Of a stretch of DNA of 64,000 nucleotides, positions 23,989-33,664 are shown one piece after another. A program made the translations under genes and the position numbers. Position 1 is the stretch's first letter. The number at the start of each line of letters is the position of its first letter. Under the pieces are notes generated by a model, which was not told the DNA's origin, did not search any database, and saw nothing but the letters and a program-made list of their open reading frames with translations. This stretch comes from Chloroflexota bacterium (GTDB taxonomy: Bacteria; Chloroflexota; UBA11872; VXOZ01), in NCBI GenBank assembly GCA_963662335.2, contig CAXXVD010000004.1, forward strand, positions 192,001 through 256,000. Reading direction: 5' to 3'.

Positions 23989-24891
23989 GTGAATGAATCG
24001 CAACCACTGAGGCCGATCCAAGCCTTCATCAAAGCGGGCAATCTGCTCCACCGACGACTCTGGCTGCTTCTTCTGCCAATCGGGTTGGACATCGTCATTT
24101 GGTTTTCGCCCCGGGTGGCCCCGGGGACGGGACTCCTCGTCTTTACCGATGGCCTCTCGGCTGAAGAACAGGGCTTGCTCTCGTTCGTCCAGCAGTGGAA
24201 CATCCTCTCCGCCGTGCTCGGCCTCTGGGTGCCCTCTCTGGGCGTTGCGGTCACCGGCGACGGCTCGGGCACGATTGTCGAGGTGGAGTCGCTGGGCCAA
24301 CTCTCGCTCATCCTGGCCGTGCTCCTCGCGGTGAGCCTCGTGTATGGCAGCGCCTTTCTCGCGCTGAATGCCGCGGCCGTGCAGGAGACCGCGTTGACGT
24401 GGGACCTGTTCGCGCTGCGGGTGATGCGGCTGGCGCGCCGCCTGGCCGGGCTTGCCGCCATCATTGTAGCGTTGATCTTCGTTCCTCTCATCATAACCAG
24501 CGTCGCGTCGGCCCTCATTCCCCCGCTGGGGCTGCTCCTGTCATTCGTGTTGTTGGCCCTGTTGTTCTGGATTGGCTTTCACGCATTCTTCATTGTAAGC
24601 AGCGTCGCGTTGGCGCGTCAGGGCCTGCTGCGGGTAATCCGCCTCTCGCTCCGGCTCGTGCATGGCAATCTATGGTCGTTCGCCGCGTTCTTCCTCATCT
24701 ACTGGGTCATGATACTCCTGACGGGTCTACTTTGGAATGGCCTACTGGAACTGCAAATCCTCGGCATTGGTAGAATGCTCGCCATCGTCGGCAACGCCTA
24801 TATCGGGACGCGCATGACGCTAACGGCCTTCTTCTACATCTGGAGCCGCATTCTCATTTTCCGTGGGGAGTCTTCTCCCGCCCAAACGTGA
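23989..24891 (+). CDS. Multi-pass membrane protein of unknown function
   Basis: About 6-7 hydrophobic segments; lies directly upstream of gyrB. Confidence 0.75.
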   Translation: MNESQPLRPIQAFIKAGNLLHRRLWLLLLPIGLDIVIWFSPRVAPGTGLLVFTDGLSAEEQGLLSFVQQWNILSAVLGLWVPSLGVAVTGDGSGTIVEVESLGQLSLILAVLLAVSLVYGSAFLALNAAAVQETALTWDLFALRVMRLARRLAGLAAIIVALIFVPLIITSVASALIPPLGLLLSFVLLALLFWIGFHAFFIVSSVALARQGLLRVIRLSLRLVHGNLWSFAAFFLIYWVMILLTGLLWNGLLELQILGIGRMLAIVGNAYIGTRMTLTAFFYIWSRILIFRGESSPAQT

Positions 24892-24918
24892 CGGACAGCT
24901 CTTCGCGAAGGGAGACCT

Positions 24919-26922
24919 ATGGCAAAAGACACTATCGCAGACCGCGGCAGCGCAGCGACACTGGCCACCGACGGCCCGCCTTTGCCTGAGGGCGCATCGG
25001 CCGCCATCCCCACAAACGACTATACCGCCGCCGACATCCAGGTGCTCGAGGGCTTGGAGCCGGTGCGCACCCGCCCGGGCATGTTCATCGGCAGCACCGA
25101 CGCGCGCGGGCTGCATCACCTTGTCTACGAGGTAGTGGACAACAGCGTTGACGAGGCGCTGGCCGGCCTCTGCGACCGCATTCGCGTCACAATCCACGCC
25201 GACAGCAGCGTCACGGTGGAGGACAACGGCCGCGGCATTCCGGTGGACGTGCACGAGAAGACCGGCGTCTCGGCTCTGGAGACAGTGCTCACCCGGCTGC
25301 ACGCCGGCGGCAAGTTCGGCGGCAAGAGCTACAAGGTCTCCGGCGGCCTCCACGGCGTCGGCGTCTCTATCGTCAACGCCCTTTCCCAGTGGCTGACGGC
25401 GACGGTCTACCAGGCCCCCAGCGAGTACCAACAGGAGTACCGCAACGGCGCGCCCGTGGGCCAGGTCGAGCGCGTCGGCAATACCGAGCGCAACGGCACC
25501 ACCATCCGGTTTCTGCCCGATAGCGCGATCATGGAAACTCTGGACTACGACTTCAACACCCTGGCGCAGCGTTTCCGTGAAGTGGCGTATCTTTGCCCGG
25601 CGCTGCGCATCGAGTTCCGCGACGAGCGCGCGGGGCGCGAGTTGACGTTCTACTTCGAGAGCGGCATCCGCGCCTTCGTCCACCAGATGAACCGCCGCAA
25701 GACCGTCATCAATAGCGAGGAGATCTTCTTTTCCGGCGCCGGAGAAGCTGCCAACGGCGCGGAATCACTGCAACTTGAAGCGGCGCTGCAATATACCCAG
25801 AGCTTCGACGAACGGATCTACGCTTTCGCCAATACCATCAACAACGTTGACGGCGGCACGCACCTCACCGGTTTTCGCTCAGCCCTGACGCGCACGCTCA
25901 ACGACTACGCGCGCAAGCAGAACCTCATCAAGGAGAAAGACCTCTCACTCACGGGCGACGACGTGCGCACCGGCTTGACTGCGGTGATCAGCGTACGGCT
26001 CATGAATCCCCAGTTCGAAGGCCAGACCAAGGCCAAATTGGGCAATTCCGAAGTGCGGGGCTTCGTCGAATCGACGGTCAACGAAAAGCTGGGCCAGTAC
26101 CTGGAAGAGCATCCGAGTGAAGCCAAGTCGATAATCGAGAAATGCCTGAATACCGCCCGCGCCCGCGTGGCCGCCCAAAAGGCGCGCGACATGGTGACGC
26201 GCAAGGGCTACCTGGACGTCTCAACGCTGCCCGGCAAACTGGCCGACTGCTCCGAGCGGAGCATGGAGAACGCCGAGATTTTCATCGTGGAGGGCGATTC
26301 TGCCGGCGGCAACGCCAAGCAGGGACGCGAGCGGCGCTTCCAGGCGATTCTGCCGCTGCGGGGCAAGATCCTCAATGCCGAGCGCACCAACCTGGACCGC
26401 ATGCTCTCCAATGCGGAGATCCGCGCCTTGGTGACGGCGCTGGGCACGAGCATCGGCGAGACCTTCGACATCGCCAAGTTGCGTTACGGCAAGATCATCA
26501 TCATGACCGACGCCGACGTGGACGGCGCGCACATCCGCACGCTGCTGCTCACCTTCTTCTTCCGCTACATGCGCGACATCATCACCAACCGGCGCCTCTA
26601 CATCGCCCAAGCGCCGCTCTACCGCGTGGCCCGCAACCGGGACGTCCACTACGCCTGGGACGACGCGGAGCGCGACCGCATTCTCAAGCAGTTCAACCGG
26701 ACGAACGTCGCCATCCAGCGCTACAAGGGTCTCGGTGAAATGAACGCCGATCAGCTTTGGGAGACGACCATGGATCCGGCGCGCCGCAAGCTCCTCCACG
26801 TCATGCTGGAAGACGAGGCGGCCGTGAGTGGGGTGTTCGACCGCCTCATGGGGGATGACCCGCAGGCGCGCAAACGCTTCATCCAAGCCCATGCCAAGGA
26901 AGTACAACATCTCGACGTATGA
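24919..26922 (+). CDS. gyrB: DNA gyrase / type IIA topoisomerase subunit B
   Basis: VRTRPGMFIG, EVVDNSVDE, GGLHGVG, VEGDSAGG, PLRGK, MTDADVDGAHI, QRYKGLGEMN. Confidence 0.93.
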   Translation: MAKDTIADRGSAATLATDGPPLPEGASAAIPTNDYTAADIQVLEGLEPVRTRPGMFIGSTDARGLHHLVYEVVDNSVDEALAGLCDRIRVTIHADSSVTVEDNGRGIPVDVHEKTGVSALETVLTRLHAGGKFGGKSYKVSGGLHGVGVSIVNALSQWLTATVYQAPSEYQQEYRNGAPVGQVERVGNTERNGTTIRFLPDSAIMETLDYDFNTLAQRFREVAYLCPALRIEFRDERAGRELTFYFESGIRAFVHQMNRRKTVINSEEIFFSGAGEAANGAESLQLEAALQYTQSFDERIYAFANTINNVDGGTHLTGFRSALTRTLNDYARKQNLIKEKDLSLTGDDVRTGLTAVISVRLMNPQFEGQTKAKLGNSEVRGFVESTVNEKLGQYLEEHPSEAKSIIEKCLNTARARVAAQKARDMVTRKGYLDVSTLPGKLADCSERSMENAEIFIVEGDSAGGNAKQGRERRFQAILPLRGKILNAERTNLDRMLSNAEIRALVTALGTSIGETFDIAKLRYGKIIIMTDADVDGAHIRTLLLTFFFRYMRDIITNRRLYIAQAPLYRVARNRDVHYAWDDAERDRILKQFNRTNVAIQRYKGLGEMNADQLWETTMDPARRKLLHVMLEDEAAVSGVFDRLMGDDPQARKRFIQAHAKEVQHLDV

Positions 26923-27066
26923 GCGTTCATGCCGTATACTGAGTCACATGGGGCGACTTAGCGGCGCCCGGTGGTGACCGAAAAGGTCACGGCGCGCTGC
27001 TGAGAGCTTGACACACGACCGCAAGGATTCAAAGATGCATCCTTAAGGCAATGGAGCCGCGTCGCC

Positions 27067-28380
27067 ATGAACATTTGCCCTGACAACACGCAGTTCGTCG
27101 TGCTCAGTTTCGAAGGGCCCGACCGCTACGCGCAAGCCGGCGGCCTGGGAACGCGCGTTACGGAACTCTCGCGCGCCCTCGCGCAGGCCGGCTTTGCCAC
27201 CCACCTGATCTTCGTCGGCGATCCCAATCTGCCCGGCGTGGAGTCGCGGGAAGACGGCAACCTCCGCCTCTACCGCTGGTGCCAATGGATTAGCCAAGCG
27301 CATCCCAGCGGCGCGTACGAGGCCGAATGGGAAAAGCTGGCGGACTATGGCAACAGCGTTCCCTGGTTCGTTACGGACCGCATCGTGCGCCCGGCCGCCG
27401 ACCAAGGCAAGCTCACCGTCATCATGGCGGAAGAGTGGCACACGGCCGACACCCTGGCGCGGCTGAGCGACTCCCTCCACTTCAACGGCCTGCGCCAACA
27501 AGCCGTGCTGCTGTGGAACGCGAATAACGAGTTTGGCTTCGGCCACGTCGACCTGCCGCGCCTCGGCTTCGTTGCCACCACTACCACCGTGAGCCGGTTC
27601 ATGAAGCACCGCCTCTGGGACTGGGGCCTCAACCCGCTGGTGCTGCCCAACGGCATTCCCCGCCGTTTGCTGGATAAGGTGCCGCAGCGGCCGGTCACAA
27701 AGCTGCGCAAGGGCCTGGACGCCGACTTTCTGCTGCTCAAGATGGGCCGGTTCGATCCGGACAAGCGCTGGTTCCAAGCCATAGAGGCGGCGGCGCACCT
27801 GAAGCACGCCGGCCACCGGGTGCGCCTCATCGCCCGCGGCGGACTTGAAGACCACGGCGGTGAGGTGCTGCACCGGGCGGCAGAGGTGGGCCTGGTGGTG
27901 CGCGACGTGCACAGCGACAACTCGCAACTTGATGAAGCCCTCGACGCCATGCTCGCCGCCAGCGACGCGGACGTGCTGAACCTCCGCGATTTCGTGCCGG
28001 AGGCTTTGCAGCGGGTCTTCTACTCGGCCACCGACGCGGTATTGGCCAACAGCGGCTACGAACCGTTCGGCCTGGTGGGGCTCGAGGCCATGGCCTGCGG
28101 CGCGGTGGTGGTGACGGGCACTACCGGCGAAGACTACGCGGTGCAACTGCACAACGCCCTCTCCGTCGAGACCGACGACCCCGCGGAACTTGCCAGCTAT
28201 CTGCGCCTCGTGCACGCTCAGCCCGACGTGATGCGGCAGATGCAGCGCCACGCGCGGCAGACGGCGGCGCTCTTTACCTGGGAATCAGCCATTCGCGATC
28301 TGGTGGGCAAGGTCGAATACTTGGCCGCCAAGCAGGGCCTCAGCTTCCCCAGCGCAAATGGGCTTCCCGTCCTGAACTAA
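27067..28380 (+). CDS. GT-B glycosyltransferase (GT4, glycogen-synthase-like)
   Basis: AGGLG loop, EEWHT, PNGI, YEPFGLVGLEAMACG. Confidence 0.85.
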   Translation: MNICPDNTQFVVLSFEGPDRYAQAGGLGTRVTELSRALAQAGFATHLIFVGDPNLPGVESREDGNLRLYRWCQWISQAHPSGAYEAEWEKLADYGNSVPWFVTDRIVRPAADQGKLTVIMAEEWHTADTLARLSDSLHFNGLRQQAVLLWNANNEFGFGHVDLPRLGFVATTTTVSRFMKHRLWDWGLNPLVLPNGIPRRLLDKVPQRPVTKLRKGLDADFLLLKMGRFDPDKRWFQAIEAAAHLKHAGHRVRLIARGGLEDHGGEVLHRAAEVGLVVRDVHSDNSQLDEALDAMLAASDADVLNLRDFVPEALQRVFYSATDAVLANSGYEPFGLVGLEAMACGAVVVTGTTGEDYAVQLHNALSVETDDPAELASYLRLVHAQPDVMRQMQRHARQTAALFTWESAIRDLVGKVEYLAAKQGLSFPSANGLPVLN

Positions 28381-28390
28381 GGCGGCGCAG

Positions 28391-29596
28391 ATGGCCGACA
28401 ATCTTGTGATCTACGTCATTGCGCACCAACCCCGGCGGGTGCGCCTGCCGGCCAAGGTTATCCCGGCCGGCGCGGCGCCGGCAGAGATGGCGCCGCTGCT
28501 CTTCGACGAGCAGATGAACGAGCGGTACTTCCGCAAGGTGGCGCGCTACTGCTACACGCCGGCCACGGCGCTGTGGCTGCGGCTGCTGGACGCCGGCGTC
28601 AAGCTCTGCTTTGGCATCTCGCTCTCCTTGGTGGAGCAGGCGCGGCGGTGGGATCCAACCGTGCTCGAGGGCTTCCAACGCATCGTCGCCCATCCCAACA
28701 CGGAACTGATCGGCGTCGAGCCGTATCACTCCTTCCTCATGCTCATCGATCTGCCCGCTTTCACGGCGCGGATGCGCTCCATGTCCGACACCATGACCCA
28801 GCTATTCGGCAAACGGCCCCAGGTGACCGACACCACCGAGATGCTCATCTCTGAGACCATCGCCGGCGCATTGGAGACCGCCGGCTTTCGCGGCGCGCTG
28901 ATGGACGGCCGGGAATGGATACTGGACTGGCGGCAGCCGACGCATCTCTACTATCACCACCCCGGCGTCAAGCTGCTGGCGCGGCACTACGAACTCAGCG
29001 ATGACGTGGGCTACCGCTTTTCCCAACGTCAGTGGGCCGGCTGGCCCCTGATGGCGGACGACTACGCCCACTGGGTGCGGAGCGCCCACGGGCCATTTGT
29101 CATGGTCGGCTGGGACTTCGAGACCTTTGGCGAGCACCAGTACTACGATAGCGGCGTCTTCGAGTTCATGGAGGCGCTGCCGCGCTACCTGAAGCGCGAA
29201 GGCGTCACGCCGGCCACGGCCACGGATGTGATCGACGCCTACGGCGGCCAAGCCTACCACCTCGCGCTGCCGCCGTTTCCCAGCACGTGGGCGGGTTCCG
29301 GCGGCTCCGAGTTCTTTCTGGGCAATGATCCGCAGCGCGCCCTCTTCCAACTCATGACCGCGTGTTACAACAAGGCAAAGCTAACCGGCAACGACGAGTT
29401 GCTAGACCTGGCCCTCTGGCTGACCCAGTCGGACAACCTGCACCTGATCAACTGGTGGGGGCGTTGGGGCTCGGAAGCGGAAGTGTCGGTCTACTTCATG
29501 CCCGACGAATGGTGGCGCCTGGGCGTGGACGGCATCATCTGGGAGCAGCAGTGCGTCTACAAGAACTTCCTGAAGGCGCTGGACTACTACTTGTAA
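28391..29596 (+). CDS. Glycoside hydrolase family 57 (alpha-amylase-like)
   Basis: HQP, CY.PA, EPYHS, TE (nucleophile region), LSDDVGYRFS, DFETFGEH. Confidence 0.88.
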   Translation: MADNLVIYVIAHQPRRVRLPAKVIPAGAAPAEMAPLLFDEQMNERYFRKVARYCYTPATALWLRLLDAGVKLCFGISLSLVEQARRWDPTVLEGFQRIVAHPNTELIGVEPYHSFLMLIDLPAFTARMRSMSDTMTQLFGKRPQVTDTTEMLISETIAGALETAGFRGALMDGREWILDWRQPTHLYYHHPGVKLLARHYELSDDVGYRFSQRQWAGWPLMADDYAHWVRSAHGPFVMVGWDFETFGEHQYYDSGVFEFMEALPRYLKREGVTPATATDVIDAYGGQAYHLALPPFPSTWAGSGGSEFFLGNDPQRALFQLMTACYNKAKLTGNDELLDLALWLTQSDNLHLINWWGRWGSEAEVSVYFMPDEWWRLGVDGIIWEQQCVYKNFLKALDYYL

Positions 29597-29660
29597 AGGC
29601 CTCTTTGTAGATGCCTTTGCGGACCTTCCGTCACTGCCAAGAAAGTAGCGCGTCAGCCTC

Positions 29661-29732
29661 CGTCATTCCCGCGCACGCGGGAATCCATCTTCGCCGCGCA
29701 GCCAGTGGATTCCCGCGCACGCGGGAATGACG
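29661..29732. repeat. Palindromic element family C
   Basis: CGTCATTCCCGCGCACGCGGGAATCCA...TGGATTCCCGCGCACGCGGGAATGACG between convergent genes. Confidence 0.9.
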
Positions 29733-29782
29733 AAAACCTCACGCCACTATCAATGTGATGACGATCCGGCGGTCGCCGGCGG

Positions 29783-31243
29783 TCACAGGCTCATGCGTTC
29801 GTCCGCCCGCGCCTTCCACTTGGCGTAGTTGGGCGAGCGCAGCAATGCGCCGTCCGGTTGCGGAACCAGTTGGCCGTTCTGCCCGCGCGGATCGCCTCGC
29901 TCCTCATTCACGCGGGCCAAGAGCGCGCGCGCCTCTTCTATGCGGCCGCGCGCCGCGGCGTTGCCGGCCAGATTGCGGCACTCCTGCGGGTCTTCCACCA
30001 GGTCGAAGAACCGTTCCTTGCCGGTGTGGTGGAACCAGGTGTACTTCTCCCGCTTGGTTGCGATGAACTGCATGCCGAATTCCCGGCCGTGCAGGTTCGT
30101 CTGTTCGCCTTGCAGGTAGTCGCGCCAGCCGGCCGTTTCACCCCGCGCCAACGGCAGCAGGCTCTTGCCGTCAACGCAATCCGGTATTTCCACCCGCGCC
30201 GCGTCCAGCACCGTCGGCATGAGGTCGCGCACCTCGATGATCTCGTCGCAGACCCCGCCGCGCTCTTCATCCCACGTGTCCGGGTACTTGATGAAGAAGG
30301 GAATGCGCGCGGAGCCGTCGTTGGAGTAGCCCTTGCGCCACAGGCAGTGGTCGCCGAGCATGTCGCCGTGGTCGGAGGTAAAGATGAACAACGTATTTCG
30401 GATCGCCTCGCGCTGCCGCCAACCGTACTCATAGAGGAACCGGCCCACCTGGTGGTCGATGAACGAGATGCTGCCGTAGTAGGCTGCCCGCGTGCGGCGC
30501 ACCTGCGCCGCCGTTGCCCGCCCTCGCCAGGTCGTCGTGCTCGTGATCGGCTCATCGAACTCCGCCGCCCAATCGCCCATGGGCGGCATGGGGATGTCCG
30601 GGTTGTCCTTGTACATGTCGAAATAGACCGGCGGCGGGTCGTACGGCGCGTGCGGGCGCGTGAACGAGAGCCACAGAAAGAAAGGACACGTGGGGTCGCG
30701 CCGCTCGACGAACTTGACTGCCTCGCTCGCGGTCCAATGGGTAGCGTGCAGGTGCTCCGGCAGGTGGCTGGGACGCGCCATCCAGCTATTCCACTCCAAG
30801 CCGTGGTCCAGGTCGCCGAACTTGCCGGCGGTCTGTTCTCGCAGCCAGGACATGTAATCGGTCCAAAGACCCCGGCCGGTGCTGTCCTGCACGGCTTCGT
30901 AGTACCCGTACAACGCCCGTCGCGGGAACTGGTCGGACTTGCCGATGCTGACAGTGTGGTACCCGGCCTTCATCAACTCACCCGCCAAGGTGGCGGGAAA
31001 GTCCAGCGCGTCGTAGCCCGCGCCGCCGCCCAAGCGACCGTGGCTCCACTGGTCCATGCCCGTCATCATGGCGGCCCGCGACGGCAGGCAGGACGGCGAA
31101 GCGGTATAGCACCGCGTGAACTTGACGCCCCGCGACGCCAGGTCGTCGAGATACGGGGTCTCAAGCACCGGATTCGCGTAGCCGATGCAGTCTGAACGCT
31201 GCTGATCGGTGACGATAACGACGATGTTTGGGCGTTTTGGCAT
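29783..31243 (-). CDS. Sulfatase (Cys-type, formylglycine-dependent)
   Basis: PNIVVIVTDQQR, TPYLD.LA, CLPSR (CxPxR), PHAPY, SDHGDMLGDH...KG. Confidence 0.92.
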   Translation of the reverse strand: MPKRPNIVVIVTDQQRSDCIGYANPVLETPYLDDLASRGVKFTRCYTASPSCLPSRAAMMTGMDQWSHGRLGGGAGYDALDFPATLAGELMKAGYHTVSIGKSDQFPRRALYGYYEAVQDSTGRGLWTDYMSWLREQTAGKFGDLDHGLEWNSWMARPSHLPEHLHATHWTASEAVKFVERRDPTCPFFLWLSFTRPHAPYDPPPVYFDMYKDNPDIPMPPMGDWAAEFDEPITSTTTWRGRATAAQVRRTRAAYYGSISFIDHQVGRFLYEYGWRQREAIRNTLFIFTSDHGDMLGDHCLWRKGYSNDGSARIPFFIKYPDTWDEERGGVCDEIIEVRDLMPTVLDAARVEIPDCVDGKSLLPLARGETAGWRDYLQGEQTNLHGREFGMQFIATKREKYTWFHHTGKERFFDLVEDPQECRNLAGNAAARGRIEEARALLARVNEERGDPRGQNGQLVPQPDGALLRSPNYAKWKARADERMSL

Positions 31244-31340
31244 TAAGTTCGCTCCTAGGCTACTTCGTCTTTCCCGGTTACTACTATAACGAAGTGCGCT
31301 GCTACCAGCCCGACGTGGCGTTCGCCTACGGTATAGAGAA

Positions 31341-31444
31341 GCGGGGGACAAGCCCCCGCGCGACACTGCTCTTATCGCCAAGAGGCAAGTTACGAGCCCC
31401 GCCCCCGTCCGTTCGTCCTGAGCCTGTCGAAGGATGAACGGACG
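31341..31444. repeat. REP family A copy plus family E hairpin
   Basis: GCGGGGGACAAGCCCCCGCG at 31341; CGTCCGTTCGTCCTGAGCCTGTCGAAGGATGAACGGACG at 31406-31444. Confidence 0.75.
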
Positions 31445-31490
31445 AGGGCGGGCGGCGTCTCTTCTCTTGACAGTGCGAAATGCCGCCGCA

Positions 31491-32276
31491 TCAAGCCAGC
31501 AGGAAGAGCGGGTCCTTCTCCAGAATTCGCACGCCGATTTCCAGAAACGGCTTGGCCTCGATGAGGCGCAAGGTGGAGTCGCCGATCGTGCCCACGCGCA
31601 TGATGCCGTGTTCGAGACAGACGGCGTCCATCTTTTCGTACGCGCGGGGATGGTTGGGCAAGTGAGCGCGGGTCGGTACGGTGACGATGCGGCCATCCAG
31701 ATCTATCACCATGGGGTAGAAGACCTCTTTGCTCAAGATCGGCGCGCCGCCGGTCTCCTCGATGGTGTGGATGGTCGTATTGCTATTCTGGCCGACGCCC
31801 AGCAAGAGCACTTTGCCGCCGCCGACGCAATTGCGGTGCCACGGCGTGCCGGGGCCGGTGGGATAGATGGCGGTTTCCGCGCCGGCCAGCAGCCAATCGC
31901 GCCGTGCGCCAATGGCGTGCAGCGTATGGCAGGCGGAAAGCGATGGCCGCGCCTCCGGCCGCTGGCGCAGCGCATTGGTGATGGCGCCCAGTTTCGACGG
32001 CGTGACCCGCAGGTCGAGGATGGGGTCGTGCTTGATGTAGTGGAAGTGGGAGCCGCCGCGCCAGATGACCGGACTGGTCGGCACGGCAACAGTGCCGGCG
32101 TCTCCCACCGCCGCCAGCAGCGCGTCCACAACGGTATCCGCGCCGCCCTCGACGTAGCCAAAGCGCGAAAGCGACGAGTGCACGATGACCACGTCGCCCT
32201 CCGCCAGCCCAAGACTGCCCAAGCCGTCTACGAGCATGTCGTGCGTTACGTGTGGTCGGCTCTCTTCGATTGACAT
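31491..32276 (-). CDS. AAC(3)/YokD family N-acetyltransferase
   Basis: VIVHSSLS.FG.VEGGA, GTVAVPT, VLLLGVG..SNTTIH..E. Confidence 0.88.
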   Translation of the reverse strand: MSIEESRPHVTHDMLVDGLGSLGLAEGDVVIVHSSLSRFGYVEGGADTVVDALLAAVGDAGTVAVPTSPVIWRGGSHFHYIKHDPILDLRVTPSKLGAITNALRQRPEARPSLSACHTLHAIGARRDWLLAGAETAIYPTGPGTPWHRNCVGGGKVLLLGVGQNSNTTIHTIEETGGAPILSKEVFYPMVIDLDGRIVTVPTRAHLPNHPRAYEKMDAVCLEHGIMRVGTIGDSTLRLIEAKPFLEIGVRILEKDPLFLLA

Positions 32277-32318
32277 TGGCGGTAACTCGCTCTCTGTGTG
32301 GTGTCAGGTGAACGCCAG

Positions 32319-32479
32319 GCGGGGGACAAGCCCCCGCGCTACGCCAAGGCGCCTCGGCCGGTCATTCCCGCGTACGTGGGAGTCCATCTTGTTCGCATGC
32401 TATGCCGGTGCGCCGGAGCGGGGGACAAGCCCCCGCGCTACCCAAATGCGACGCCATCGGGGACAAGCCCCCGCGCGAC
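32319..32479. repeat. Mixed REP cluster (3 x family A, half-unit of family C)
   Basis: Family A at 32319, 32418 and 32459; GTCATTCCCGCGTACGTGGGAGTCCATC at 32361. Confidence 0.85.
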
Positions 32480-32497
32480 GGCGTGTGCCGCCGCGCT

Positions 32498-33520
32498 TCA
32501 AAGGTCTATCGTCTTACCGGTTTCCATCGACTCGCACACCGCCAAGCCCACGCGGAGGGCGCGCTTGCCGTCTTCGCCGGTCACGCGCGGCGGTTCGCCG
32601 CGGCGGATGCGTGCGGCAAAGTCCTGAATTGCCTCGGTGTACGCGTCTTGCGGCGGAAAGCGGTGCGCCCGCTCCTGCCCTTGCTCGTCTCTGTGCACGA
32701 ATTGATTGGCTTGCACGTCGGCGATGACACCGCGAGGGCCCATTAGCTCCTCCTCCAGCGTCCGGCCCGGCGCGAAGCCCGGGGCCATGCCGCAGGAAGT
32801 CGTGATGACGCTCATGTCGCCGCTGCCGTATTCGATGAGCGCGGCGCCGGTATCGGGCGCGCCCCCGCGCTCGGCGTGGCGGCCAGTGTGCAAGCCGCCC
32901 CAGTTTGCGCCCCGCGCCGTTACGCGCACCGCTTCGCTCCGAAAGAGCCACGCCCACAGGTCGTAATGGTCGGCAAACAAATCGAGGAAGACGTGCATGT
33001 CATGGGACGACTTCCGGCTCACCGCGTTCGCAGACACCGGCATGAGGCGATGGACGCGGTAGACGACGGGGCGGCCGAGTTCAGCGCCGTCGAGCAGCTT
33101 GCGGATGTGGGTGAAACGCGCCTGGTAGCGCCGGGGAAAGCACGTCCCCACGGCCACTCGCTTGCCGCGCGCCGTCGCGAGCAGCGAGTCACATGCGTCC
33201 AGCGCGTGGGTGATGCCGCGTTCGCAGAAGGCGTGCTTGTGGAGATTGGTGGCGTAGATGCCCAGCGGGCCGTGCAGAGGCGAGGGCGTGCACAGCGAGA
33301 CGACGTTGATGTCAGGCCGCGCGAGGACAGCGTGGTAGTCGGTGTCCACGGCGCCTATGCCAAATTCCTGCGCCAGCTCGTGGGCGCGAACTTCGTCTAC
33401 GTCAACCAGCGCAACCACTTGAGAATCGGCAACCGACTGCCAGCCTCTGATGTGCTTGCGCGCGCTGGCGCCCGCGCCAACGACGCAGGCGCGGACACGG
33501 CTAACCGGGGTAATCATCAT
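32498..33520 (-). CDS. Gfo/Idh/MocA family oxidoreductase-like protein (degenerate EKP motif)
   Basis: VVGAG, CTPSPLH, KHAFCERG, C-terminal P.VTGEDG..AL. Confidence 0.8.
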   Translation of the reverse strand: MMITPVSRVRACVVGAGASARKHIRGWQSVADSQVVALVDVDEVRAHELAQEFGIGAVDTDYHAVLARPDINVVSLCTPSPLHGPLGIYATNLHKHAFCERGITHALDACDSLLATARGKRVAVGTCFPRRYQARFTHIRKLLDGAELGRPVVYRVHRLMPVSANAVSRKSSHDMHVFLDLFADHYDLWAWLFRSEAVRVTARGANWGGLHTGRHAERGGAPDTGAALIEYGSGDMSVITTSCGMAPGFAPGRTLEEELMGPRGVIADVQANQFVHRDEQGQERAHRFPPQDAYTEAIQDFAARIRRGEPPRVTGEDGKRALRVGLAVCESMETGKTIDL

Positions 33521-33664
33521 ACTGCATCCAAGAAATCGAGGGGAGATGCCGGCCGCGCCGCGACGTGATGGCATGTCCCGCGACGCTCGTACCTTCAGTG
33601 TAGCGCAGATCGACGGCATAGGCGATACTAGACGGGCAAGTCGCTTGCTGTAAGGAGACAGTTC

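Noticed and set aside
24919-27066. Replication origin near gyrB
   Set aside because: No dnaA, dnaN or recF, and no DnaA-box cluster or AT-rich unwinding region seen.
31491-32276. Acquired aminoglycoside resistance gene
   Set aside because: Host-like composition, metabolic context and no mobile element; family membership alone does not imply resistance.
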